Shown here: piece by piece, positions 36,694-50,503 of the stretch
Layout: each line of letters begins with the position of its first letter
Position numbering within the stretch: the first letter of the stretch is position 1
NCBI GenBank assembly: GCA_002189035.1
Contig: NEEC01000010.1
Span: forward strand, 2,542,001 to 2,606,000
Reading direction: 5' to 3'
From: Utricularia gibba
Taxonomy: Eukaryota; Plantae; Magnoliophyta
DNA: 64,000 nucleotides
The notes under the pieces: generated by a model
Told to the model about the DNA's origin: nothing
Databases searched by the model: none
What the model saw: only the letters and a program-made list of their open reading frames with translations
Translations under genes and position numbers: made by a program

Positions 36694-38637
36694 TTAAATG
36701 AACAACTGACTCCAACAATTGTCAATGGCTGCTATGGTTTTCTTCTGCTTACATACTTTGGGGATAACCTCTGCCAATGTAGAAGCTTTTGGATGGAGAA
36801 GGTTCTGAAGCATGATTTCTATGACTGCAGAGGCTGCGAATGTTCTCTCTCTACTCTGTAACTTCAATACCAGTTCATCTAAAAACTGTCTACCATTTCG
36901 TGGGGGTTTAAGCTGCTTTCTCAGAGCTGAGAGAAAGATTTTGCATGTTGTGGAATCAGGATCACAACAATGATCTAACATCGTATCAAGAAGATCAATA
37001 GCACGAGTAATCTGGCCATGCCTACACAGAGCACTAAACAATGTGTTATAGGTGAACACATCAGGTTTAGCAGCAGTTACTTGGAATAGCATTTCATTGA
37101 ACATGTTAAGCCCCTGCTTTACTAAACCAGCATTGCATAAGCCGTGTATCATTGATGTATAAGCTACACGATCCAAAGGCAAACCTGTAGCCAGCATGCG
37201 CTTCCACAACACCTGAGCGTCTCTCAACCGTCCATCCTTACATAAGCCGTCAATTAATATGCTGCAGCAGAATAGATTACTTTTATCCCCCATTTTTTCC
37301 CACATAAACATTGCTTTTTCACTGTTTCCCACATCAAAGAAGCCCTTGATGAGAGAAGCATAGGTGAAAGCATTTGGCCTGAACCCTTTTTCAGCCATTT
37401 CTAAGAAATATTCTTCAGCATCATGTGGCTTCCCTTCTCTACATAGACCATCTATAAGAGCTGTATAAACAACTGCATTGGGATTTTGCACTTTCTCAAT
37501 CATTTTACTCCAAAGCTTCAGCGCTTCTTCAGATTTTTTTTGTTTAAACAAACCGCTAATAAGTGCTGAATAGGCATATTCATTTGTTTTGTAACCCCTT
37601 TTCTCAATTTCCATTAAAACATCCAAGGCCTCAACTGCTCTTCCTTGCTTTACAAGCCCATTTACCATGGTTGAATAGGTGACCTCAGATGGAGCAAGAT
37701 TTTTCGACATCATTTGACCGAGCAGGCTGATAGCCTTCTCAAGCTTACCCTTGATGCACAAGCCATGAATAAGAGTGTTGTAAGTCACCACATTTGGAAT
37801 ACAATCTTTCAAGAACATGTTATCAACAAGTTTTGCGGCCCTAGCTAAGTCACCCTTCCTGCATAGACCGTTGATCAAAGCATTAAACGTTGCTGCAGTA
37901 GGTAAGCAGCGTTCAATGTGCATCTCATCCAGCAAAGCCATGGCATCATCAAGCCTATCTACCTTACACAATCCATCCATCAACGTGCAATATGTATAGG
38001 CATCAGGTGCACACCTCAAAACAGTCATTTCCCTGAGCATATCAAGTGCCCTACACAACAGTCCTAATCGACATAATGCCTTTATTACTAAATTAAAAGT
38101 TAGCAAGTTAGGAAAAATATTCCTGCTGCTAATGACATTATCATGAAACTCCAGAGCTTCATAATGCATGTTTTGCTGAATAACCACATTAAGGACGCAA
38201 TTAAAGGACTTTACTGTTTGCTTACACTGGAACTCATCAGCCATCCTGTAGAAAAACTCGATAGCTTTAAGAGGGGATTGAGCTTTGCCGCAAGCTCTGA
38301 ACAAAAATATGAAATTTTTCTCAATAAAAGATCGATTTTGACGTTTCATCTCCTGGAAAAGCATCTCCAGTTCATCAACATTCCCAGACTCAGCAGTGCG
38401 TTCAATTATCGAGTAAAATGTAGAATCACCCTGTCTATAAGAGCCCCTCTTGGGTGCATCACCAAACAGACTGTTCGATATTATAGTTCCTTGGTCCTGT
38501 CTAGCTGCAACAAAGCTATCGGATCTTCGTTCCAACTGATAAGCAGTCTCAGACGAATGCCTTGACGAGAAGTACATACCCAAGGAAGAGACAAACTCGA
38601 AAGTCCAAAACTTTCTCCCTAAAACTAAGCAATTCAT
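36694..38637 (-). CDS. P-class PPR protein, EMB1025 (At4g20090)-like, intronless
   Basis: 647-aa ORF with tandem 35-aa repeats (TFNLVIKALC, TYCTLMDGLC, TYNTLIHGLC). The N-terminal GSYRQGDSTFYSII...EFQCKQTVKSFNCVLNV resembles EMB1025. Confidence 0.9.
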   Translation of the reverse strand: MNCLVLGRKFWTFEFVSSLGMYFSSRHSSETAYQLERRSDSFVAARQDQGTIISNSLFGDAPKRGSYRQGDSTFYSIIERTAESGNVDELEMLFQEMKRQNRSFIEKNFIFLFRACGKAQSPLKAIEFFYRMADEFQCKQTVKSFNCVLNVVIQQNMHYEALEFHDNVISSRNIFPNLLTFNLVIKALCRLGLLCRALDMLREMTVLRCAPDAYTYCTLMDGLCKVDRLDDAMALLDEMHIERCLPTAATFNALINGLCRKGDLARAAKLVDNMFLKDCIPNVVTYNTLIHGLCIKGKLEKAISLLGQMMSKNLAPSEVTYSTMVNGLVKQGRAVEALDVLMEIEKRGYKTNEYAYSALISGLFKQKKSEEALKLWSKMIEKVQNPNAVVYTALIDGLCREGKPHDAEEYFLEMAEKGFRPNAFTYASLIKGFFDVGNSEKAMFMWEKMGDKSNLFCCSILIDGLCKDGRLRDAQVLWKRMLATGLPLDRVAYTSMIHGLCNAGLVKQGLNMFNEMLFQVTAAKPDVFTYNTLFSALCRHGQITRAIDLLDTMLDHCCDPDSTTCKIFLSALRKQLKPPRNGRQFLDELVLKLQSRERTFAASAVIEIMLQNLLHPKASTLAEVIPKVCKQKKTIAAIDNCWSQLFI

Positions 38638-38971
38638 ATCCTTTTTCAGAAATTCTGAAACGGGAAGCCGATTTTGAGACTATAAGGACAATCAAAACTG
38701 TATTATATACACACCCCACAGAAGCATCGCAATTACTTGGATCTTCCTGTGCTTCAGCATACCAATGCAACGTGTCAAGGATGCAGAAAAACATATTCCG
38801 CATCCCAGAAAACTCTTCATGTCGCAGCGAGAGCATCGAAGTGAAGTGAAGTAAATTCCTCTACTACATCAACTTCAACCAGGAACATCACTCCAGCTAG
38901 AAAACAGAGCATCAGCATGCCCTAGATTTTATGGAAAATGTGGTATGAATGGGGCGGGACGTATGCAAGAG

Positions 38972-39063
38972 AGCCCATTAGTTACGGGCCCATTTAAGGG
39001 AATGGATCTTGACTTTGAGCCCAATAGGTTTGTGTAAATAGCTTCTTCATCTAGAAACCCTAA
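38972..39063 (+). promoter_or_regulatory. Site II triplet plus telo-box in the divergent PPR/RPS3 promoter
   Basis: AGCCCA 38972, GGCCCA 38987, AGCCCA 39018, AAACCCTAA 39055-39063. This is the canonical arrangement for plant ribosomal-protein promoters. Confidence 0.7.
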
Positions 39064-39135
39064 AATCTCTTGGTTTGCCGCATTGCATTCGCGTTGCTCA
39101 CTAAGCGGAACCCGATCTCTGTCGACGATCCTGAA

Positions 39136-40417
<1,282 letters not shown>

Positions 40418-41796
40418 AGCTCTCACTTCTGGACAATGTTTGTTTCCTGGTTTAAAATTTGCATCCCAGATTTTCAATTGTTGAACACTGTGTAACCTTT
40501 TCAGCAGAAATGTTTTGTTTGCTTCTTCTTGTTAAGGATTTGACCAGTAATCTTGTCTGGATCAACTAACAAGCATTTTTTTAAATTATCAATGTACCTT
40601 ACCCTCGAAAGCGCCATCAAATGTTAGTAATGCACATCAGTTTCTTAAAATGTTATGATGATTGTGTGATGTGGAGTCTCCGGCTGGAGAACCGGAATGA
40701 AGGCTTTTGAATGGGATTTATTTGCTACCACAACCTAACCATTGAAAGTTTAACCAGTGAATTGCATTCTTAAAAGGCTTAGGTTTTAAAATCCATTGAT
40801 GGTGTCCATGACCTGTGAGAAAATGTTCAGTTTCGGTGTGTTGCATCACCTGTTGCATAGTCAGAAATTTATAGCATCCCCCATCCCTTAGTCCCTGGTG
40901 GTGTTGAGAGGGCACTAGATCTATAGGAATAGACTGTGAAGCTTCACTTGTAGGAAATTTACAGCATCCCTCCATTTGTGAATCAAAAAAATACCTTGTG
41001 ATTGAGGGATTGAGGCCAAAGTCAGAAGTGTAAATTAAGGAAATTTACAAGGCTTGGGATTCCTTAAAGATGCATTTAGAACACCTAATGCAAAAGGTTG
41101 AATTTTTCTCATGGTTTTACGTTTTATGTTTCGTTTCATTTTATCGAATACCTTCCTCGACCATGTATTGCAAATTTGATCAAATCGAACAAACCCTTAC
41201 TCGCATCACATGGTGAGATTGAATTTTGTTTCTTCCCAAAACAAGAAATGACCTCGTGTGGTGTAGTAGCTGAAAAGAGCATGGTTGGCCTTTGAAACAA
41301 ATTTAAATAAAATTTCATTTTAATTCCAATTCATTGTTAAGATTTGTTCAATTTCATTTATCAAATATTAACGATTTCTATTTCAAAAGTTCAAAAATTT
41401 GGAAATATTTATTCTTTTTGAGAAATTATATAATTTCAACTTTTATTTTATAAAAAAGTAATTTTGATGAGTTATAACAAAAAAAAAATTTACAATTAAA
41501 AAATCAAATGCAAAACATGTAAATGAGTGTTAAATATTGATCATATTGTGTTTTTCATATTTACACTTAACAATTACAATAAATAAAAAAGTCAACCATC
41601 ATGAACACTAAATATGGCGGCAACTCTAGGCAATGACTATTTTACCCTCGAAAGCCCTTCCTCCCAAAAGACAACTCTGGTATTGATTGTTTAAGAGGAA
41701 AAAAAACTCTATAAATGCCACCACCATCAAACACAGTTGAAAAATGCGTCACCTTTTCCTCCCTTTGCAGCGCCCTGTTCGTGAAGTTCATTAACG

Positions 41797-42881
41797 ATGG
41801 GTTTCAGATTCGAGCTCAGCGTGTTGCTCCTCCTGTCTATTCTCCTGGCCGGCGGGATGGCGGCTCAGGGAAGCCCAGACGGCGCGATGATCGAACTGCA
41901 CGAGGGGTGGATGGCGAAGTACGGCCGTGTTTATAAAGACGGAGCTGAAAGGGACATGCGGTTCGAGATATTCAGGCGTAATGTAGAGTACATAAATTCC
42001 GCGAACGTGGATGGTCGGCCGTACAGGCTCGCCGTGAACGAGTTTGCTGATCTCACGAACGAGGAGTTCCGTGCTTCTAGAAACGGGTACAAGGGAAGCG
42101 CTTCCGGGAAGGCTTTTTTGTTTCGGGAGGAACACGTGACTGCGGCGGCGGCGGTTCCTTCGAACGTCGATTGGAGAAAGCTGGGAGCTGTGACTCCCGT
42201 CAAGGACCAAGGAGAATGCGGTAACAGTATTTCCGATTCGACCGTTATTGGCTTGACTTCAACTGTTGCAACGGTTTTTGTGATGTAACAGGTAGTTGTT
42301 GGGCTTTCGCGACGGTGGCGGCCGTCGAGGGGCTGATGCAAATCACAAACGGGGACCTCATCTCATTATCGGAGCAGGAGCTCATCGACTGCGATACGCA
42401 AGGCGAGGATCAGGGCTGCGACGGCGGCCGGATCGACACCGCCTTCCAATACATTCAAAGCAGCGGAGGTCTCACGACGGAGTCCCAGTACCCGTACACA
42501 GGCACACAATCGCCGACTTGCAACTCTCTGCTCACCCAAACCGCTGCCAGCATCAACGGCTATGTGGACGTCCAGAGAAACAACGAGCACGCGTTGATGT
42601 CCGCCGTAGCGAACAGGCCGGTGTCGGTGGCGATCGACGCTAGAGGAGACGACTTCCAGTTTTATTCCGGCGGAGTCTTCAATGGATCGTGTGGGACGAA
42701 TTTGGACCACGCCGTGGCGGTGGTCGGATACGATACGACGGAAGACGGGATTCCGTACTGGATTGTGAAAAATTCATGGGGAACTAGTTGGGGAGAAGAT
42801 GGATACATCAGGATGCTTAAAGACGTCGGCGGCAGGGGGCTCTGCGGGATCGCCATGGCTCCGGCGTATCCAATTGCTTGA
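41797..42881 (+). CDS. Secreted papain-like cysteine protease (SAG12/SAG39-like), 2 exons
   Basis: Signal peptide, I29 prodomain ([19 protein letters not shown]), VKDQGEC|GSCWAF, LDHAV, KNSWG. Intron 42221-42291. No KDEL tail or granulin domain. Confidence 0.95.
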
Positions 42882-43094
42882 TATTAATTAAAACACGTGT
42901 TCCATTTAAAAAAAATCAAAATGAAAAATGGGAAATTCAAATTTACAAAAAAAAAAAAATCAGTATATAAAAATGTAAATTAAAATCGATGCCCTAGACG
43001 GAATTTGGTAAAAATTTGGGAATGTTATTTCACTGGAGATCAATGTTTCTACATAAAGGCGCCGAATTCGTCTTCATCGACCGCTCAACTGGAG

Positions 43095-46000
43095 ATGGAT
43101 TGCCGAGATTGGGACGAAGAACTGTACAAGGAATCCATTCTACGGGAAAGGGAAGCGCTTTCGCGTACAGTTTTTCGTACCACTTTTGTCCCAAACGCGA
43201 ATCCAAATCCCAATTACGATAGCATCATTGTTGCCTCGAGTGATGGCTGCATTGCTTCTTACTCCATCTCTTCCTGTCTCGTGAGTCATTGCATTTGATT
43301 CTTGTTGTTCTTTTTTTGTGTTGGTGTATTTATGCCATTTTTTATGCTCCGCAGGAAATGGGCTGTGGAAATGCTAGGAGACGCGAGTGAGTTCTTTTTC
43401 CATGTTTCTGAAGCATACATATTATAGTGGTTCACTGTCGCTTCTTCGATTATGTGAAGCTGGATAGTAGCGGAACCGCAGTTTTTGATTCAAGGGCATG
43501 ATGGGCCGGCTTATGATGTTAAGTTTTATGATGACTCTCTGCTACTGAGGTGCGCGTTTATGGTTTTTATTGAATGCACTTGTTCGAAGAAAATTAAACT
43601 GGAGTGATTTGTGGTGGTGTTCCAGCTGCGGTGATGATGGACGTATAAAAGGATGGAAATGGAAAGACCTCTCCGAAGTTGAGGAACCCAAGAATGGTAA
43701 TACCTCTATTAGATCAAGATTTAACTCATGGGGTTGGATTGTGAGATGTGAAAATTGCGGTAATTTGTGTTGTTGGGGATTATTTCTGGCATTTCCTCGC
43801 TAGTGGACTGAGGAGCTCACATCGCGTTGATTCACATTCCAACACAAAAAAGTAAAATCAAAAGGTTCTTCGAGTAGTGATGCCTGATGGTTTTTTCAAT
43901 TACATTCTTTTGATCCATATGCTTCGCAGTGAATGTTAGTTTTGATAAGTGTCCACAACCTTCTTGGATAATTGCTTACAATGAAGGGTACAGATGTCTT
44001 GTATGGCCAGAGTTGGAAAATAGTGTCGTGCAAATTAGAAGCAAAACCAATTTTTTACCCTAAATTTTTTCATAGGTGGTAAATTAGGTTTGCACTAGCA
44101 CACGTTTGCATCAGCTCTAATGGCACACGCATGCATTATATCTCTCTCTCTCTTTTTCTAAATTTTTCCAACACCCACTGCATTTCTCTATCATTAAATC
44201 ATGTGTCTCAATGGCATATTTTGTTTAATTTATTTCCATTAATCTTTGCAGAAAGTGAGTTGAAGCCAGCACTTGACTTGTCAAATCCACAGCACAAGTT
44301 AGTTTTCTGATAAATATAGGCGCTGAGTGTACAGTTGTGAATGGAGATTTATGTTTTCAGTTTTTGGATCATGAGTTTCACGATTTTTTAAACATAATAC
44401 CGTTCTTACTGGGCTATGCATATCTATATTTTGTCTTCAGCAGATAATTTGAAAGCTCGTGTTTCACCCATTTGTTACATCCATTAAATGTCCTAACTTG
44501 CTTTAACAGACATTTATAGGGCACATGATTTCTTGCAGGGGTCCATGGGGTGCACTTTCTCCTATTCCAGAAAATAATGCACTTGCACCCGATCCTCAGG
44601 TTTTAGTTTTCATCATTAGTACAATGTAGCGGTGTGTGTTGTCTAACTTGTGTTCCTTCATCGTCTGTGGAGCATATGTTTTTGCTCATGAGTAATGACA
44701 CTGCTATATACTACCTACTCATACATGCCAAATCATCATTTTTTTTTTCTGTTATCCATTTAATTTTCCCGGGGCTTTACATTCTCTGTACACTTGAAGA
44801 ATATGTTATTTGAAATATAAAATAGATATATTATGACATGGTCTGTCATCCAATGTGCGCAAATTGCTAGTAAAATTCAATCGATTGTTGAACTGATGAA
44901 GTTATTCTAGCTACTGACTCCCTGGGTTTCCCATTTTCCACTTCCATTTAAGCCTGTCTACTGCATTTCCTTGAATGCAGAATGGATCTGTATATTCCGC
45001 TACAGGTGATTCCAATGCGTATTGCTGGGATGTGGTATGCACTTCCACATTTGACAGTGATTTATTGTTTCAGTTTTTTTTTTTTTTTAAGCTTGGGTGA
45101 TGTGACACCCTGGTTCATTGTCCAATATCGTTCAGGAGAAAAGTGTGGTCAAGACGGTTTTCAAGGGGCATTCAAGCTATGTGCATTGCATTGCTTCCTG
45201 CAAATTAAGCAGTCAGGTCCTTTTATTCAATAGAAGGAAAAAAATATGTTCTGCTCTTTAAAACTGAACTGCAACATGTGTTGATAGGAGTTCTGATATT
45301 GATCATTTCTACTTTTTGTGGTTCTCCAAAACTGTGGCATTCAGATTGTAACTGGTTCTGAAGATGGAACTGCACGCATATGGGGTAATTTTAAACTCTT
45401 GCATGCCTTTACGCTTGTTGCTGCTTCTGTGCTTATGTGCTGTTTTCATTTTCCGTCATCTGAAGATCTAACGAGGCTGATGTGTGTATGCTACCTCTCA
45501 CAGACAGCAAAAGTGGAAAATGCATAAAAAAAATTGATCCAGACAAGGACAGGAAGTCTACTCTATATGTCCCACGACTAAGCTGTATTGCTCTTGATTC
45601 CAGTGAGAACTGGTTGGTGAGTGAACATGATTTTTCATTTTTGGACAAGTACACTGGTGGGTAGCTTTATGTCTCAGTTTAGTCCAACAGTTTCGTTGTC
45701 GTCGACTTTTACAGGTGTGTGGAAAAGGTCAATCCCTTTCACTATGGAACCTTCATGCTCGAGAATGTGTTTCAAGTGTCGAAAGGAGTAGCCCCATTCA
45801 AGATGTCATCTTTGATGAGAATCAAGTGAGTTTTTAAACTTTGCTTACTTCTTGTGATACTTCATCCCATTGATATTGCTTCGTTGGGAATCTGCAGATC
45901 TTAGCTGTTGGAGCAGAACCGTTACTTACACGGTCAAACATAAATGGGGATACCCTCTCTCAGATTCGGTGTGCACCTCAAACTGCCTTTTCCATTTCTC

Positions 46001-46501
46001 TGCATCCCTCAGGAGTAAGTTTATTTTTTCCTGCATTACGTTACAGTATTCTTCATGCAACAGCATTTATGAATCAGCATGTTTATCAATAGGGTGTGAG
46101 GCAAAATTTCTGGATGCTTAGATGGCAAGGACGAACTGTTTTTTTTTATATCCCAGGGATAGTTGCAAACAAAAACCTTTACTGAAAGCATAATCTGATG
46201 AAGTGGCTTTTTAACTTATCCTTGTTTTGGTGCAAACACCCTTTTTTAACAACATTAAACATATGCTGCAATACGTGCCTTATTGTAAAATATCCATCTT
46301 TACCTGAATCACGAGAGCAGAGTTTCTTAAGAAGTTTAGATATACACTTGGGTATCTTCTCTAATTTCAAATAAAGGAGGGACGTGCTTCTTATGTTTTA
46401 TGGTTCCACAGGTAACCGCAGTTGGTGGCTATGGAGCCTTGGTTGACATAATCTCCCAGTTTGGAAGCCATCTCTGTACATTCCGCTGCAGAGGGCTGTG
46501 A
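43095..46501 (+). CDS. THO6: THO complex subunit 6 (WD40; DWA1)
   Basis: MDCRDWDEELYKESILRERE..RTVFRT, GHDGPAYDVKFY, SCGDDGRIKGW, NPQHKGPWGALSPIPENN, TGSEDGTARIW, AVGGYGALVDIISQFGSHLCTF. Exons splice in phase. Confidence 0.92.
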
Positions 46502-47705
46502 TCATTTTTCGAGGCTAACTGGTATATTAGACTTGCCTTGTTGTCTAGAATTTTTCGTCGAAATCGGCCTAATGCCGGAAAATTTGCTAATGCATATGGC
46601 GCCTGTGATGTTCCCAGCACCAAAGAATCTATGCTCCCATTCTGAAACAGGAATGAAACGCAGAGGAGATTTGATGCGTTTAAGGAAACGCATGTAGTTC
46701 AAGTCTGATAATGCTCCATCTCACTCGAGCTGCTGGTCTTCTGGTTATTCCCTGATTGAAAATGATAAATTGCGAAACAACCCCAAACCGGGGACTGCAA
46801 TCATATTTTCGATTTTTGAAGTACCCAACAATAAATGTAAACAAGAGGCGTGTTTTAATTTAAAGTATGCCCGACCAGCGGCCCATTAGAAGCCCAATGT
46901 TCCATTTCGTTGAGCGAAGCTGAGCATTTTTCTGTCCGCATCCGAAATTCTGGGGGAGTGGTATTGGAACGTGTTTTCCCCCTTCGTTTCCCTCCCTTTT
47001 TTTCTATTCTCTATTGACCGGATGAACTACTTAGGCCAATTTCAACATTTCCTTCTTCTGAGCTTCTCAAGGAACTGAGGTGGGTGTGAGTGTAATTGCT
47101 GCAGGTATGAGATTTTTCGTATTTTTTTGTGAATCGAACTTCTTTAGTTGGGATTTTTTTAGGATTAAGAAGCTGGGTCTGCTATGTTTCTTTCGTTCTC
47201 AGTTCTCTTTTGTCGTGTGGATTATTACGTTTTTGAGGGATCTGGACAAGGGGATTTTTGGTGTTTATGTTAGCATTCCGTTTAGAAGAATGGTAAGTCC
47301 TAGCAAAAGTTCAAATTTTGTGTTCGTGCATGTACTTCTGGATTTTATGTTGAAGTTTCTGATTATAACCGGCTTTGATACATGTCTAGATGGTGGGGTT
47401 TGAAATGGGAACTGAAGTGTCTTGGTAAACCTCTTTTCTTGATTTGGTTATTTCATTTTGTTGCCGAAAATTATTCATTTCCTTTGAGCTCTTGATAGGC
47501 CTGGCCGCCTGTTGGAGCTCAAAGATTGCCTGATGTTTTCAGTTCTTTCTTCTGCTCCCATTTATTTTGGGAAACATGATGTTTTTTTAAATGTTGTTGC
47601 AGTGACTATCTACACTTGCATAGTTGGTGTATACTAGAATGTCAGGTATAGTAGAGCTTTCGAATGTAGTTTGGGAGGTCCTTTCCTTGTGATTCCCGAC
47701 AAGCA

Positions 47706-49913
47706 ATGGACTGTAACAAAGATGAAGCCCTAAGGGCTAAGGATGTTGCTGAGAAAAAGATGGCAAACAATGACTTTGAAGGGGCACAAAAGATGGCATT
47801 GAAAGCACGTAATCTTTTCCCAGAGCTTGAGAATATAAGCCAGATACTAAGTGTGTGTGATGTGCATTGTTCATCCAAAAATAGACTGGTGGGATCTGAA
47901 AAGGACTGGTATGGTATTCTTCAAGTGGAAAAGTTTTCTAGTGATCTGATTGTGAAGAAGCAATACAGGCGGCTTGCCCTAGTTCTCCACCCTGATAAGA
48001 ACCAGCACCCCGGTGCAGAGGCAGCGTTTAAGTTGATTTGTGAGGCTAATGCAGTCCTGTCAGATCCAGTTAAAAAATCCCAGTATGATTCTAGGCTTAG
48101 GGCGTTAGATAGATATGCTCCTGTGAATCCTCCGCCCCACCACATTCCTACGAACTCACATTTTAACAAGCAGTTTGAAGATTCCAAAGTTTCCCCCCAT
48201 GGTTTTCGTCCAGTGAATCAACATCATGCACCTCGTGCAGACACCAGTATTCGGGTGAACACGTTCTGGACTTTATGCCCCTATTGTTTCTTAAAATACC
48301 AATATGAAAGACGATATCTGATTGCAAAACTGGTCTGCCAGAGGTGCGGAAAGAATTTCACAGCTTATGAAATTGATCCGCCTGTGGGGACTCCAGGGGT
48401 GCCTCCAAATTCAGGTGCAAGTCATGAGAAGCCTAATCAGTGTACGCAGAATAATGTGAACTTGAGAAAGCAAGATCCAAAGAGAGGCACTGTTTCTAGT
48501 GTAAACCTTACAAAAGGTGGGACCAGGGTCAGTGATGGTTTAAAGTCTGGTTATGAAGCTACTGCTACAGTGAGTACTTCAGTTGGCGGAAAGAATACTG
48601 CCAAAAACCAAGCGAGCAGAAAACAGAAGGATATCACTACTTCAAGCCGTACAAAGGCAAAGATTAGTTTGGTGGATTCTGAGTCAAGTGATAGTGTTAA
48701 GTCCTCCAGTGACTCTGACACAGAAATGACTGATGCTGCTACGGGACAGGATTCTGGCACTACCCGTGTTCATTATCCACGCAGATCATCGCGAAAACGG
48801 AAATCTGTCTCTTATAATGAAAGGGAAGAAGAAAATGGTGATCATGATGATATTCCTGTTCCCAAGGGATCCCAAGAAAGAAAATTGTCTGAGGACGGGT
48901 CAGTGGAGACGGAAGGTTCTCCGAATTCTGAAGATATAAAACCTGACATTCAGGATGGTTTTCGAGTGAAAGAGGACAGTGGCCATAGAAAAGAGAAGGT
49001 AAGGGAAGAAAGCTCTGGTGTCGCAAACCATGGTGATACTAGCCCTGATGAAGAACAGGATTCAGGTTGTGATAATGATTCAGATAAAAACTTACATGCT
49101 CCTGACCCAGAATTTTATGATTTTGACAAGGATCGAGATGAAGAATGCTTTACAACTGGCACTTATTGGGCTTGTTATGATCCTGAAGGCATGCCAAGAT
49201 TTTATGTCAGAGTGGACGAAGTACTTAAAGATCCCTTTAAACTCCACTTCACGTGGCTAGAAGCCCATCCTAGGAATGCGTATCAGAAGGAATGGGTGAG
49301 TTGCGATCTCCCTGTTGGCTGTGGTGCTTTCAAGTTTGGTGATTCAGAAACAACTTCTGCAATCTGCACATTCTCTCATCGAGTTAATGTTTCCAAAGGC
49401 AAGGCGAATGGCTCCCTATTGTTATATCCGAGGAAGGGAGAGGTTTGGGCTCTTTTCAGAGATTGGGATTTCGACTGGACCTCAGATCCTGAAAATCACA
49501 GGCAGTATAAATATGAAGTTGTTGAAATTCTTGGTTCATCCAGGGATTATGGTATAAGAGTTGTTTACTTATACAAAGTTGAAGGATTCGTGAGCCTTTT
49601 CCAGAGACGCAGCCCAAGTGAGGGTTATTCCCTCCAGATACATCCGGGTGATTTGTATCGATTCTCTCACAAAGTTCCTCATTGCAGAATGACTGGTACT
49701 GAAAGGGAAGGAGTACCAGAAGGTTCTTTGGAACTCGACCCTGCCGCCTTACCTTCGAATCCCAATGACATGTGCTATCCAGGTAAACAAGAAATGAGAA
49801 GCAATGCTTCAGAACTTGAGGCTAATTCAAGGGGACGAAATATGAAGAAAAATGACAACTTTGCGAGATTTCGAGATGTTTCTCAAGAGAAAGTAATAGA
49901 GCTAGATGATTGA
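47706..49913 (+). CDS. DnaJ-domain protein with zinc-finger-like region and DUF3444, CDS intronless
   Basis: MDCNKDEALRAK, J domain with HPD (LHPDKN), FWTLCPYC...C..C, and a DUF3444-type PDPEFYDFD...WACYD..GMPRFY...YPRKGEVWALF region. Confidence 0.92.
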   Translation: MDCNKDEALRAKDVAEKKMANNDFEGAQKMALKARNLFPELENISQILSVCDVHCSSKNRLVGSEKDWYGILQVEKFSSDLIVKKQYRRLALVLHPDKNQHPGAEAAFKLICEANAVLSDPVKKSQYDSRLRALDRYAPVNPPPHHIPTNSHFNKQFEDSKVSPHGFRPVNQHHAPRADTSIRVNTFWTLCPYCFLKYQYERRYLIAKLVCQRCGKNFTAYEIDPPVGTPGVPPNSGASHEKPNQCTQNNVNLRKQDPKRGTVSSVNLTKGGTRVSDGLKSGYEATATVSTSVGGKNTAKNQASRKQKDITTSSRTKAKISLVDSESSDSVKSSSDSDTEMTDAATGQDSGTTRVHYPRRSSRKRKSVSYNEREEENGDHDDIPVPKGSQERKLSEDGSVETEGSPNSEDIKPDIQDGFRVKEDSGHRKEKVREESSGVANHGDTSPDEEQDSGCDNDSDKNLHAPDPEFYDFDKDRDEECFTTGTYWACYDPEGMPRFYVRVDEVLKDPFKLHFTWLEAHPRNAYQKEWVSCDLPVGCGAFKFGDSETTSAICTFSHRVNVSKGKANGSLLLYPRKGEVWALFRDWDFDWTSDPENHRQYKYEVVEILGSSRDYGIRVVYLYKVEGFVSLFQRRSPSEGYSLQIHPGDLYRFSHKVPHCRMTGTEREGVPEGSLELDPAALPSNPNDMCYPGKQEMRSNASELEANSRGRNMKKNDNFARFRDVSQEKVIELDD

Positions 49914-50503
49914 ATCTACAAATCATTTATTCAGGGATGTCATTACCATTTTGGTGGAGCTGCACATTGGATTTTGTACGGAGTTCGGAGGAAACTAGGA
50001 TCTTTTTCAAGTGCCAAATGGAGAAACTGGGATAAACGTATATCAAATGGGCGTGCATGTGGTGATTTCCACCGTAAATTATCGTCCTAATCATCATCTG
50101 CTGAAGGTGCTGCCATCTTCTCAGAGCTTTTGGCATATTAATTGAACAAACATCTTTCATTTGCCTGGCTTACATGGTGACTTATCGTAGCGTAAGTTTA
50201 CTTGAATGTAGCTATTTCTTTTGCAGACAACATTCCTCGCCTTAGAATGAATTCACTAACTGGCGATTGAAACAAAGTGATGAGGTTCTTACATACGTGC
50301 TAGATATCTCCTGTTGTCTAAACACTTGGACTCTATTGATCCTAACCCCTCTTGCTGATATAAAGAACACAAGTAACAAGCATTGGAGAACGATCTTCTG
50401 GAATTGATGAAAGTGGACGCCCTGCTTCGAATGATTTTCAAAAGGATGAATAAGTGGTGATTCTATCCATTTGCAGAGCATGGACATGGAGGTGCATGTC
50501 TGC

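Noticed and set aside
40860-41050. Recurring GAAATTTA(T/C)AGCATCCC words downstream of RPS3
   Set aside because: Short and degenerate, with no regular period or spacer structure; not a CRISPR-like or satellite array.
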